64,000 bases of DNA. It comes from a virus. Shown here in pieces: positions 9,697 through 18,487 of this stretch. The stretch lies in IMG/VR virus record IMGVR_UViG_3300042301_002170. One strand, given 5' to 3'. A program made the translations under genes and the position numbers. The notes below the pieces were generated by a model. It did not search any database. It worked only from the letters and a program-made list of their open reading frames with translations, and was not told the origin of the DNA. How positions within the stretch are numbered: the stretch's first letter is position 1; every line of letters begins with the position of its first letter.

Positions 9697-10741
9697 CAAA
9701 CGGTATTTAGATATACTAAAACAAATAGATAAAGAACATAATGAATTTGGTGATTTACATCGTAACTCCAAAACATTGATTATTGATGGTCTTAATACCT
9801 TCATTCGTTCTTGGTCAACTGCTCCAAATCTTAACGATAATGGAGACCACATCGGAGGCATAGTCGGTACTTTAAAAAGTATCGGCTACGCAATCCGTAC
9901 AATCAATCCTACCCGATGTATCATTGTATTTGATGGTAAAGGTGGTAACAAAAGCAGACAAGATATATACTCTGGTTACAAAGCAGATAGAGGCAAGAAC
10001 AAAATCAAAATGAGATTGAATCGTGCTGCATCTGTTGAAATGAATCAAGAAGAAGAAAGTGAATCAATGAGACGACAAATGTTCGGATTGGGTGAATTAC
10101 TGTCTTCTTTACCAGTATCCATTATGATTTATGATGGAATCGAAGCTGATGATGTTATTGCTTACATCACTACTCAATTAAAGAAAGAAGATGAAAAGGT
10201 TGTGATAATGAGTTCCGATAAAGATTTCTTACAATTGGTAAATAAAGATGTGAGTGTTTATTCACCATCTAAAAAGAAAATCTACAATATACCAGAAGTG
10301 GTAGAAGAGTTCGGAATTCATCCACACAACTTTGTCAATTTCAGAATGATTGATGGAGATAAATCCGATAATTTAAATGGTTTACCTGGATTAGGATTAA
10401 AAACAATTATAAAAAACTTTCCAATATTAACTGAAGAAACGGTACAAACTACTGAATCTTTGTTAGAATATATCAAAGAGCAACCAAAGAAAACAAAAGC
10501 TTACGATTTATTTCAAAATAACTTGGAAATATTAAAAAGAAATCGTAAATTGATGCAATTATCAGAACCAGAATTTAGTGGTACTATTCGTATGAAGATT
10601 ATAGATAGATACAATGAAGATACTGTTAAGTTTGATAAGCAAGGTTTCTTAAAATTGGGATTAAGGCATAAAGTATTAGACGCATTCCCTAACGTAACTG
10701 ATTGGTTACAAAGTACATTTTTACACATTTCAAAATTTTAA
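9683..10741 (+). CDS. 5'-3' exonuclease / flap endonuclease (T4 RNase H, PolI N-domain type)
   Basis: IIDGLN, VFDGKGG, YKADR, EADDVIA, SSDKDFLQL, GDKSDNLNGLPGLGLKT. Confidence 0.9.
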   Translation: MSQINKRYLDILKQIDKEHNEFGDLHRNSKTLIIDGLNTFIRSWSTAPNLNDNGDHIGGIVGTLKSIGYAIRTINPTRCIIVFDGKGGNKSRQDIYSGYKADRGKNKIKMRLNRAASVEMNQEEESESMRRQMFGLGELLSSLPVSIMIYDGIEADDVIAYITTQLKKEDEKVVIMSSDKDFLQLVNKDVSVYSPSKKKIYNIPEVVEEFGIHPHNFVNFRMIDGDKSDNLNGLPGLGLKTIIKNFPILTEETVQTTESLLEYIKEQPKKTKAYDLFQNNLEILKRNRKLMQLSEPEFSGTIRMKIIDRYNEDTVKFDKQGFLKLGLRHKVLDAFPNVTDWLQSTFLHISKF

Positions 10742-10746
10742 AACAA

Positions 10747-11055
10747 ATGGCAGAAGAAAGATTAGCAAAACCGTTAGGAGATAGAGTTCTTTTAACAGAA
10801 TTAGAATCAGAGGTTTCACAGACAGCAGGTGGTATTATTATACCTGATTCGGTTAAAAACGAAGATATTAAAAGAGCAAAAGTAGAATCAGTAGGACCTG
10901 GTATTTACACACAATCTGGAACATTGATTCCAATGAATTTAGAAGTAGGTGATGAAGTAATCATTCCACCATACCATCAAGGATTGGAGATTAAAGTAGG
11001 TGGTAACAAATACATCTTACTTAGAGAATCAGAAATTTTAATGGTAGTTAAATAA
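10747..11055 (+). CDS. groES: Co-chaperonin GroES
   Basis: KPLGDRVLL, TAGGIIIPD, VGPG, ILLRESEIL. Confidence 0.92.
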   Translation: MAEERLAKPLGDRVLLTELESEVSQTAGGIIIPDSVKNEDIKRAKVESVGPGIYTQSGTLIPMNLEVGDEVIIPPYHQGLEIKVGGNKYILLRESEILMVVK

Positions 11056-11077
11056 TTTTAAATTAAACACGGAATAG

Positions 11078-11296
11078 ATGAAGTGCATTAAAAATAAAGA
11101 AGGAGAAATCCGCAGAGTAAAAGAAGAAGAAGCAGATTTAAAAGTATTACAATACGGTTGGGTGTTCGTTCCTAAATCAGAATGGAAAGCACTTCGTAAA
11201 CCGACTAACCCCCGACCAAGCTCCGACCAAGCTACCGACGTAGCTGAGTTATCGATTGAGGAAAAAAAATTAGCAAGAAAGAAAAAAACTAAATAA
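11078..11296 (+). CDS. Small basic hypothetical protein
   Basis: 72 aa; stop overlaps the next start. Confidence 0.65.
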   Translation: MKCIKNKEGEIRRVKEEEADLKVLQYGWVFVPKSEWKALRKPTNPRPSSDQATDVAELSIEEKKLARKKKTK

Positions 11297-12654
11297 TGGA
11301 AGCAGTAGATACATTGGTAAAGTATGGACAATCGTATCAATCTAAAGTAGTTGCTTCTCTTATATCAGATGTAAAGTTTTTAGAGCAGGTAAGTGAAATC
11401 ACCAAAGCTGCATTCTTTGAATCCGAAGCAAATAAATGGATTATAAACGAAGTAATTGATTACTTTGGTGAATATCGTGCAGTACCAACAATGGAGGTTT
11501 TCAAAATCAAAGTTGGTACAGTTGAGGATAAAGGATTGAAGCAGACCATTGTTGAGCAACTGAAAAGTGTGTATCAACAAATGGAGGCAAATGATTTGCC
11601 CTATGTTAAAAACGAATATCTTACATTTGCTAAAAATCAAAAAGTTAAAGATGCTCTTTTAAAATCTGTAGAGTTATTAAAGTTAGGTCAATACGATAAA
11701 ATTATTGACACTATGACAGCAGCATCCAAAGTAGGTGTTGAATCTGATTTGGGTTTGGATTATATTGAAGAATTCGAATCCATTATGGAAGATGTTAAAA
11801 GAGATTCAGTACCTACTGGATGGGATGTTATCGATGAACTAATGGATGGTGGTTTAGGGCCAGGTGAATTAGGAGTGGTCATGGCTCCGTCTGGTATAGG
11901 AAAGAGTTGGTTCTTATCAAAGATAGCTTGTTCGGCATTACAAAGAGGAATCGATGTATTACATTATACATTAGAATTATCCGAAAGTTATGTAGGACAA
12001 AGATATACCACTATCCTTACAAACATCCAAACATCCGAACATAAGGATAGAAAAGATGAGGTAATCAGAAAAATTAAAGCAGTTCCTGGTAGAGTTCGTA
12101 TTAAATACTACCCACCACAATTTGCATCAGCTAAAACCTTATCTGCCCACGTTGAGAAGATGAGACAAATTGGTTTTAATCCACAACTTATTATTATTGA
12201 TTACGCAGATTTATTAAAATCTGGAAATGGTAGTAGAGATGGGTTGTATGCAGAGTTGGGTGGAATCTATGAGGAGTTGCGAGGATTGAGTGGTATTGCT
12301 AAAATACCGATATGGACTGCAACACAAACTAACAGAGCAGCTATTGACCACGAGGTTATCCAAGCCGATTCGGTTGGAGATTCGTATAAGAAAGTTCAAA
12401 CGGCTGATTTCATTATGAGTGTTAGTAGAAAAACAAAGGATAAGTTATCAAACACAGGTCGTATTCACATCGTTAAGAATCGATTTGGACCTGATGGATT
12501 AACGTTTCCTGCGAAGATTGATACATTCACAGGTGTTATGGATGTGTTTGCAGCTTCATCGGCAGATGGTATGGCATCTACCAGAGATAGTAAAGATGGA
12601 GAAGGATTAGAGAAGAAATTGCTCCATAAAAAGTATGTTGATAATATGGGATAA
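11296..12654 (+). CDS. gp41: DnaB/gp41-like replicative helicase
   Basis: MAPSGIGKS, IIDYADLL, WTATQTNR, IVKNRFG. Confidence 0.92.
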   Translation: MEAVDTLVKYGQSYQSKVVASLISDVKFLEQVSEITKAAFFESEANKWIINEVIDYFGEYRAVPTMEVFKIKVGTVEDKGLKQTIVEQLKSVYQQMEANDLPYVKNEYLTFAKNQKVKDALLKSVELLKLGQYDKIIDTMTAASKVGVESDLGLDYIEEFESIMEDVKRDSVPTGWDVIDELMDGGLGPGELGVVMAPSGIGKSWFLSKIACSALQRGIDVLHYTLELSESYVGQRYTTILTNIQTSEHKDRKDEVIRKIKAVPGRVRIKYYPPQFASAKTLSAHVEKMRQIGFNPQLIIIDYADLLKSGNGSRDGLYAELGGIYEELRGLSGIAKIPIWTATQTNRAAIDHEVIQADSVGDSYKKVQTADFIMSVSRKTKDKLSNTGRIHIVKNRFGPDGLTFPAKIDTFTGVMDVFAASSADGMASTRDSKDGEGLEKKLLHKKYVDNMG

Positions 12655-12700
12655 TTGTATAAAATTTTCTAAAGAAAACGGAAAATTTATCCAATCGTTA

Positions 12701-12710
12701 CATAGTTATA
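12701..12710 (+). promoter_or_regulatory. Class-B promoter motif
   Basis: CATAGTTATA 32 nt upstream of nrdB. Confidence 0.35.
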
Positions 12711-12742
12711 TCTACACTTTGAACAATAAATTTTAAAAAAAT

Positions 12743-13756
12743 ATGAGCAAATTATTTACAGAAAGGATACCATACAAACCATTTGAATATCCAGTTTATT
12801 ATACGGAAGGTTGGTTACAACAAGCTCAGGCATTTTGGTTGCATACGGAGATTCCAATGCAAGGAGATGTTAAAGATTGGAACGAAAATCTATCGGTAGA
12901 AGAAAAGAATTTAGTTGGAAACATTCTTTTGGGTTTTGCTCAAACAGAATGTGCAGTTTCTGATTATTGGACGGGTATGGTTACTAAGTGGTTTCCAAAG
13001 CACGAAATCAAACAGATGGCAATGTTATTTGGTTCACAAGAAACAATCCATTCAGTTGCATACTCTTACTTAAATGAAACATTAGGATTAGATGACTTCG
13101 CAGGATTCTTACACGATGATTCAATGAAAGCTAGATTTGAAAACTTAACTCAAACTACGGCAGATTGGACACCCGAAGATTTACAAACAAATGTAAAGGC
13201 AAGAATTGAAGTAGCAAAGAGTTTAGCAATCTTTTCTGCATTCACAGAGGGTGTAGCATTGTACTCTTCATTTGCAGTTCTTTATAGTTTCCAAATGAGA
13301 AACAAATTAAAAGGAATTGGACAACAAATGAAGTGGAGTGTTAGAGATGAATCCCTACATTCAAAGATGGGTTGCCAATTATTCAGACATATGTGTGAAG
13401 AGTTTCCAGAACTATTAGAAGAAGCTAAATCTGCAATCTATCAAGCAGCACACATAATGCAAGGATTGGAGTTTAACTATATTGATAAGATATTTGAAAT
13501 GGGTGATTTGGAAAACCTTAAAAAAGAAGACCTTAAAAACTTTATTTCACAAAGAATCAATGAGAAGTTACGAGAATTGGGTTATAATCCTACAACAGAT
13601 GGGGATGAGTATTTCACTTACGATACAGAATCGGCAAATCAATTAGAATGGTTCTATCATTTAACGGGAGGAGTAACACATACAGACTTCTTTGCAATGA
13701 GACCTACCGATTACTCAAAACCAGGTGAAGACGAAGATTGGTCTGATATATTTTAA
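12743..13756 (+). CDS. nrdB: Class Ia ribonucleotide reductase beta subunit
   Basis: ETIHSVAYS (radical Tyr), EGVALYSSF, RDESLH. Confidence 0.95.
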   Translation: MSKLFTERIPYKPFEYPVYYTEGWLQQAQAFWLHTEIPMQGDVKDWNENLSVEEKNLVGNILLGFAQTECAVSDYWTGMVTKWFPKHEIKQMAMLFGSQETIHSVAYSYLNETLGLDDFAGFLHDDSMKARFENLTQTTADWTPEDLQTNVKARIEVAKSLAIFSAFTEGVALYSSFAVLYSFQMRNKLKGIGQQMKWSVRDESLHSKMGCQLFRHMCEEFPELLEEAKSAIYQAAHIMQGLEFNYIDKIFEMGDLENLKKEDLKNFISQRINEKLRELGYNPTTDGDEYFTYDTESANQLEWFYHLTGGVTHTDFFAMRPTDYSKPGEDEDWSDIF

Positions 13757-13759
13757 ATT

Positions 13760-15538
13760 ATGAAAAATTACGGAGAAGAATTAGGATGGGAGGTCGATGT
13801 AGACTTCCCTCAATGGGGGAATAATGAGATATATGTAAAAACTATATCCAAAGACTACTTGCAATCAGGTGAAAAACCAAAGGATGCATATTGGAGAGTT
13901 GCAACAACGGTTGCAAAAAGATTAGGTAAACCAGAGATGGCAACCAAGTTCTTTGATTATATTTGGAAAGGGTGGCTATGTTTGGCAACTCCTGTTATTT
14001 CAAATACAGGAACTGATAGAGGTTTACCAATCTCTTGTTTTGGTATTGATGTAGGTGATAGTATCTATGAAATTGGTTCAAAGAATTTAGAACTAATGTT
14101 GTTAGCAAAGCATGGTGGTGGTGTTGGTATTGGTATAAACCAAATCAGACCAGCAGGAGCAAAAATTACGGGTAATGGTACATCCGATGGTGTAGTTCCA
14201 TTCTGTAAGATTTACGATTCAACTATACTTGCAACAAATCAAGGTTCAGTTCGTAGAGGTGCAGCATCTGTAAATATGAACATTGAACACAAAGATTTTG
14301 AAGATTGGTTAGAGATTAGAGAACCTAAAGGTGATGTAAATCGTCAATCTCTTAACTTACATCAATGTGCAGTTGTTGGAGATAAGTTTATGAGAAAGTT
14401 AAACGAAGGTAATCCGGAAGCAAGAAGAAAGTGGGCAAAACTTTTACAAAAAAGAAAAGCAACCGGTGAACCTTATATCTTATTCAAAGGTAATGTTAAT
14501 AAACAAAACCCTGAAATGTATAAGAAGAACGGATTAAAAGTTCATATGACTAACATTTGTTCTGAAATCGTTTTACACACAGATGAATCACATTCGTTTG
14601 TATGTTGTTTATCATCATTGAATCTTGCTAAATACGATGAGTGGAGAGATACCGATTTAGTATATACTGCTACGGTCTTTTTAGATGGCGTATTAGAGGA
14701 GTTCATACAGAGAGCTAAGGGATTGACTGGATTTGAAAATTCAGTTCGTTCAGCATCAAAAGGAAGAGCATTAGGATTGGGAGTTTTAGGGTGGCATACC
14801 TACCTACAACAAAAAGGTATTCCGTTTGAAGGATTGCATGCACAATTTGAAACTCGTAAGATATTCTCTCAAATTAAGATTGAATCTGAAAGAGCAAGTA
14901 GAGATATGGCATCCGAATATGGAGAACCACTATGGTGTAGAGATACAGGTTTCAGAAACACACACCTAAGAGCAGTAGCACCTACACAATCAAACTCTAA
15001 GTTGAGTGGAAATGTAAGTAGTGGTATTGAACCTTGGAAAGCAAATGTATTTACAGAGCAAACTGCAAAGGGAACATTCATTCGTAAAAATTATGAATTG
15101 GAAAAAACTTTAAAGAAGATTGGTAAAAACACCAAAGAAGTTTGGGACCAGATTTTATCAGATGAAGGTTCTGTATTAGGTTTAGACTTTTTAGATGATT
15201 ATTGTTTTGTAGATGGTAAGGTAGTTAAATGTGTAGAAATATCAGAAACAGATAAACTAAAAGCATATTCTGTTAAAGATGTATTTAGAACATTTAAGGA
15301 AATCAACCAATTGGATTTGGTAAGACAAGCGGGTGTAAGACAACAATACATAGACCAATCGGTTTCATTGAACTTAGCATTCCCAAAATCTGCAGAACCA
15401 AAATGGATTAATCAAGTAACTATGGAAGCATGGAAGCAAGGGGTTAAAACACTCTACTATTTAAGAAGTGAATCCGTATTAAGAGGAGATATTGCTGCAA
15501 GAGCAATGGATGAGAATTGTGTTAGTTGTGAAGGTTAA
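13760..15538 (+). CDS. nrdA: Class Ia ribonucleotide reductase alpha subunit, no ATP cone
   Basis: ATPV..N.G, PISCF, TNICSEI, APTQSNS, GIEP, C-terminal CVSCEG. Confidence 0.95.
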   Translation: MKNYGEELGWEVDVDFPQWGNNEIYVKTISKDYLQSGEKPKDAYWRVATTVAKRLGKPEMATKFFDYIWKGWLCLATPVISNTGTDRGLPISCFGIDVGDSIYEIGSKNLELMLLAKHGGGVGIGINQIRPAGAKITGNGTSDGVVPFCKIYDSTILATNQGSVRRGAASVNMNIEHKDFEDWLEIREPKGDVNRQSLNLHQCAVVGDKFMRKLNEGNPEARRKWAKLLQKRKATGEPYILFKGNVNKQNPEMYKKNGLKVHMTNICSEIVLHTDESHSFVCCLSSLNLAKYDEWRDTDLVYTATVFLDGVLEEFIQRAKGLTGFENSVRSASKGRALGLGVLGWHTYLQQKGIPFEGLHAQFETRKIFSQIKIESERASRDMASEYGEPLWCRDTGFRNTHLRAVAPTQSNSKLSGNVSSGIEPWKANVFTEQTAKGTFIRKNYELEKTLKKIGKNTKEVWDQILSDEGSVLGLDFLDDYCFVDGKVVKCVEISETDKLKAYSVKDVFRTFKEINQLDLVRQAGVRQQYIDQSVSLNLAFPKSAEPKWINQVTMEAWKQGVKTLYYLRSESVLRGDIAARAMDENCVSCEG

Positions 15539-15552
15539 TAAACAAATAATTT

Positions 15553-16275
15553 ATGGGTGAGAACTTATCTAATAAAAACAAAGAGTTGACAGAAAAAATA
15601 AAAGAAGAATTAATTGATAAACCAAAAGGACCAATTAAATTTCAGGTTCAGTTAAACGATGAACAAAAAGAAGCAAAGGAAAAAATCCTAAACAACGCAA
15701 TTACAATATTAAGTGGCAAAGCAGGTAGTGGTAAAACACTACTTGCCTGCCAAGTAGCATTAGATATGTTGTTTAAGAAAACCGTAACCAAAATCATCAT
15801 CACTCGTCCTACTGTAAGTAAAGAAGAGATTGGTTTTTTACCAGGTGATTTAAGAGAGAAGATGGAACCCTGGATGCAACCTGTTTATTCAAACTTTTAT
15901 CAATTATATAACAAAGAAAAGATTGATAAGATTTTACAAAACGGACAAGTAGAAATTGTACCTTTGGCATTTATGAGAGGTAGAACTTTTTTGGATTCAT
16001 TTATTATTGTAGATGAAGCACAGAATTGTACAAACGACCAGATGGAAATGATTACATCTCGTTTAGGATTAAGAAGTAAAATGGTTGTATGTGGTGATTC
16101 ACAACAAGTAGATTTAAAGTATAAAGGAGAAAGTGGATTTAAGTTTTTAGTTACTGCAGCAAAGAAGATTAAAGATATGGATTCTCAAACTCTATTAGTA
16201 AATCACAGACATCCAGTAGTAGATGCATTATTAGATGCATATGATGAATTTAAAGAAAAACAAAATAAAATATGA
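15553..16275 (+). CDS. phoH: PhoH-family ATPase
   Basis: GKAGSGKT, RP.V..EEIGFLPG, FMRGRT, DEAQN, GDSQQVD. Confidence 0.93.
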   Translation: MGENLSNKNKELTEKIKEELIDKPKGPIKFQVQLNDEQKEAKEKILNNAITILSGKAGSGKTLLACQVALDMLFKKTVTKIIITRPTVSKEEIGFLPGDLREKMEPWMQPVYSNFYQLYNKEKIDKILQNGQVEIVPLAFMRGRTFLDSFIIVDEAQNCTNDQMEMITSRLGLRSKMVVCGDSQQVDLKYKGESGFKFLVTAAKKIKDMDSQTLLVNHRHPVVDALLDAYDEFKEKQNKI

Positions 16276-16544
16276 TAACTGTAAAGAAATTTTCCGCATC
16301 ATGGTGTGGACCGTGTAGAACTTTGAAACCAATCTTTGAAGAAGTAAGAAATGGTTATGGTAGTAACATTGTTAAATTTGAAGAATACGATGTTGATGAA
16401 TCATCCGATGTTGCATCTAAATATAATATTCGTTCAGTACCAACTGTTATTGTTGAAAAGAATGGTAAAGAGGTAGGTAGATTTGCAGGTGTTCAATCTA
16501 AAATCGCCTATGTTAATTTAATAAACGAACAAATATTGAAATAA
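16272..16544 (+). CDS. trxA: Thioredoxin
   Basis: WCGPC active site; IRSVPT cis-Pro loop. Confidence 0.92.
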   Translation: MITVKKFSASWCGPCRTLKPIFEEVRNGYGSNIVKFEEYDVDESSDVASKYNIRSVPTVIVEKNGKEVGRFAGVQSKIAYVNLINEQILK

Positions 16545-16545
16545 G

Positions 16546-16577
16546 CTTGTTTTATTCAATTTTTTTTCGTAAATTTG
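16546..16577 (+). promoter_or_regulatory. Bacteroidota sigma70-type promoter
   Basis: CTTG 16546-16549, 20-nt spacer, TAAATTTG 16570-16577. Confidence 0.6.
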
Positions 16578-16580
16578 GTT

Positions 16581-17345
16581 ATGTATAAACATTTAGATTT
16601 TCATTTAGAAAGATATAACTATGAGGTGAATTTACCACCTATCGTAGTTCAAACCATCGGAGGTATAAAGGTTGTTAGAGATGACCTTTTACCTGGCGGT
16701 ACAAAACGTAGATTCGCATATGCATATATGTTGGCATACCCACAGGTAGAGCAATGGATTTATGCATCACCAAGACAAGGATACGGACAAGTTGCATTAG
16801 CATATGCTTGTAGAGATTTAGGAAAAAAAGCAATAGTGTATGTTCCACAAGGTCAGAGAACCGAACTTACATTAGAAGCTGAAATGGTGGGTGCAGAAAT
16901 CAACGAAGTTCCTATGGGATACTTAACTAACTTAAACCGAAAGGCAAAAGATAGACAAGGAAACGGATGGGATAAGATTAAATTAGTTCCATTCGGATTT
17001 GATGACCCAATCATTCTAAACACAATTGTAGAAACGGCAAGAAAACTACCATTCACACCAAAAGAAGTTTGGAGTGTAATGAGTTCTGGAACTTTGAGTA
17101 GAGGTTTGCAGTTAGCATGGCCTGATGCAAAAGTATATGGGGTTCAGATTGGACACAACACATCAATAGTTCAGCAAGGTAGAGCAATCACAATACCAAA
17201 AAGAATGCCCTTCCACAAAGATTGTAAATTGGAAGATAGACCTCCATTCCCATCATCACTAACATATGATAGTAAAGCATGGAAACATATTCAGGAGATG
17301 GCAACAATTAGTGAAGATACTTTATTTTGGAATGTTGGAAAATAA
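16581..17345 (+). CDS. Fold-type II PLP-dependent enzyme (ACC deaminase / D-cysteine desulfhydrase-like)
   Basis: VRDDLLPGGTKRR (Schiff-base Lys), SSGTLSRG phosphate loop, TYDSKAW, FWNVG. Confidence 0.8.
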   Translation: MYKHLDFHLERYNYEVNLPPIVVQTIGGIKVVRDDLLPGGTKRRFAYAYMLAYPQVEQWIYASPRQGYGQVALAYACRDLGKKAIVYVPQGQRTELTLEAEMVGAEINEVPMGYLTNLNRKAKDRQGNGWDKIKLVPFGFDDPIILNTIVETARKLPFTPKEVWSVMSSGTLSRGLQLAWPDAKVYGVQIGHNTSIVQQGRAITIPKRMPFHKDCKLEDRPPFPSSLTYDSKAWKHIQEMATISEDTLFWNVGK

Positions 17346-17350
17346 ATGAG

Positions 17351-17379
17351 AAAATGCTTGGAAATACCAAGCATTTTTT
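17351..17379 (+). terminator. Intrinsic terminator
   Basis: AAAATGCTTGG-AAATA-CCAAGCATTTT perfect 11-bp stem with T run. Confidence 0.75.
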
Positions 17380-17388
17380 GTATATTAG
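17357..17388 (+). promoter_or_regulatory. Sigma70-type promoter overlapping the terminator
   Basis: CTTG 17357-17360, 20-nt spacer, TATATTAG 17381-17388. Confidence 0.55.
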
Positions 17389-17435
17389 TATTATAAAACA
17401 AACCGTTGCCGGACCGTACACCGGTATTAAAAGTT

Positions 17436-17789
17436 ATGAAAACATTTTTCAAAGAAACTCCAAAAGGAGCATTAGTAGAATCTACATTAATTGGACGTAA
17501 TCCAAATAGACCAGATGAATCCGTTTGGGTTAGATTTAAAAAAGAAACATCAGGAAGATATACTGTTGAAATACATTCAAATAGTAAAGATTCCGACCAA
17601 CCTTGGAATAAAGAAAATAAACCGTGGAACAATACACAATTAATTGCAGCTAAATTATATGCAATAGATGTAACTCCTGAAAGTGTATTTCGAACTAAAT
17701 CATCTTTTAATTCAAATTCAATAGATGATGCATTAAAATCCAAAGATAAACTAACTCAATTTGCTAAAAAATTGACTCAATTATTTTAA
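17436..17789 (+). CDS. Hypothetical protein
   Basis: ATG 17436 preferred over TTG 17406. Confidence 0.65.
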   Translation: MKTFFKETPKGALVESTLIGRNPNRPDESVWVRFKKETSGRYTVEIHSNSKDSDQPWNKENKPWNNTQLIAAKLYAIDVTPESVFRTKSSFNSNSIDDALKSKDKLTQFAKKLTQLF

Positions 17790-17799
17790 AATACATAAT

Positions 17800-18312
17800 A
17801 TGAAAAGCAGAGAAGAAGTAGAAAAGTGGATGCGAAATGAAGTTTCTAATCCTATAATTGGTGATTTAATTATGAGAATGACGGAAGATGGATTACCGAT
17901 GGATGAAATTTTAGAAATGATAAAACCATTAGTAGATAATACACCAAATGTAGAAAGAAAATTGGTAGAAGATTATATGAAAAAAGAAAGAATTGAAGAT
18001 GGGGATGTTATAACATCTAAAATAGAAGAGTTTGCAAACATCGCAGAACTTAATGGTTTTGAAACAATATTTTCCGTATATGAAGTTAATAATATAAATG
18101 AACTATCTGGCATTACTGCCGATTATATTACAAACGGATTAGATGCTACTCAAATCGAATTGGAAAATAAAGAATTGACTTGGTTAGAGTTATGGGCAGC
18201 TGCCGATAATTTATACAAAAAGATTGGAGATACGGAACATTTGTTTGTAGAAAGTTTTGATGTTATTCAGAATGGAGATAAAACAGAAGTTCAGGTATTC
18301 TTTGGAAGTTAA
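17800..18312 (+). CDS. Acidic hypothetical protein
   Basis: 170-aa ORF. Confidence 0.7.
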   Translation: MKSREEVEKWMRNEVSNPIIGDLIMRMTEDGLPMDEILEMIKPLVDNTPNVERKLVEDYMKKERIEDGDVITSKIEEFANIAELNGFETIFSVYEVNNINELSGITADYITNGLDATQIELENKELTWLELWAAADNLYKKIGDTEHLFVESFDVIQNGDKTEVQVFFGS

Positions 18313-18331
18313 AAATAAATAAAACAAAATG

Positions 18332-18363
18332 ATTGATAATACCAAATATATTTCGTATATTTG
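18332..18363 (+). promoter_or_regulatory. Bacteroidota sigma70-type promoter
   Basis: ATTG 18332-18335, 20-nt spacer, TATATTTG 18356-18363. Confidence 0.65.
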
Positions 18364-18368
18364 TATTA

Positions 18369-18431
18369 ATGAACCAGTGGAGCAGAACCCACTTTAAAAA
18401 ACGAAACGTTTATAACAACGCTATTATTTAA
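18369..18431 (+). CDS. Candidate leaderless 20-aa upstream peptide MNQWSRTHFKKRNVYNNAII
   Basis: Same TATATTTGTATTAATGAA context as the gene at 6769. Confidence 0.3.
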   Translation: MNQWSRTHFKKRNVYNNAII

Positions 18432-18487
18432 TAACTTCATAAACATATAAATTGAAGTTAAAAATGTAGCATAAAACACAAACAATT

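Noticed and set aside
17407-17426. GC-rich leader hairpin TGCCGG..CCGGTA as a riboswitch
   Set aside because: Only about 6 bp and no aptamer features
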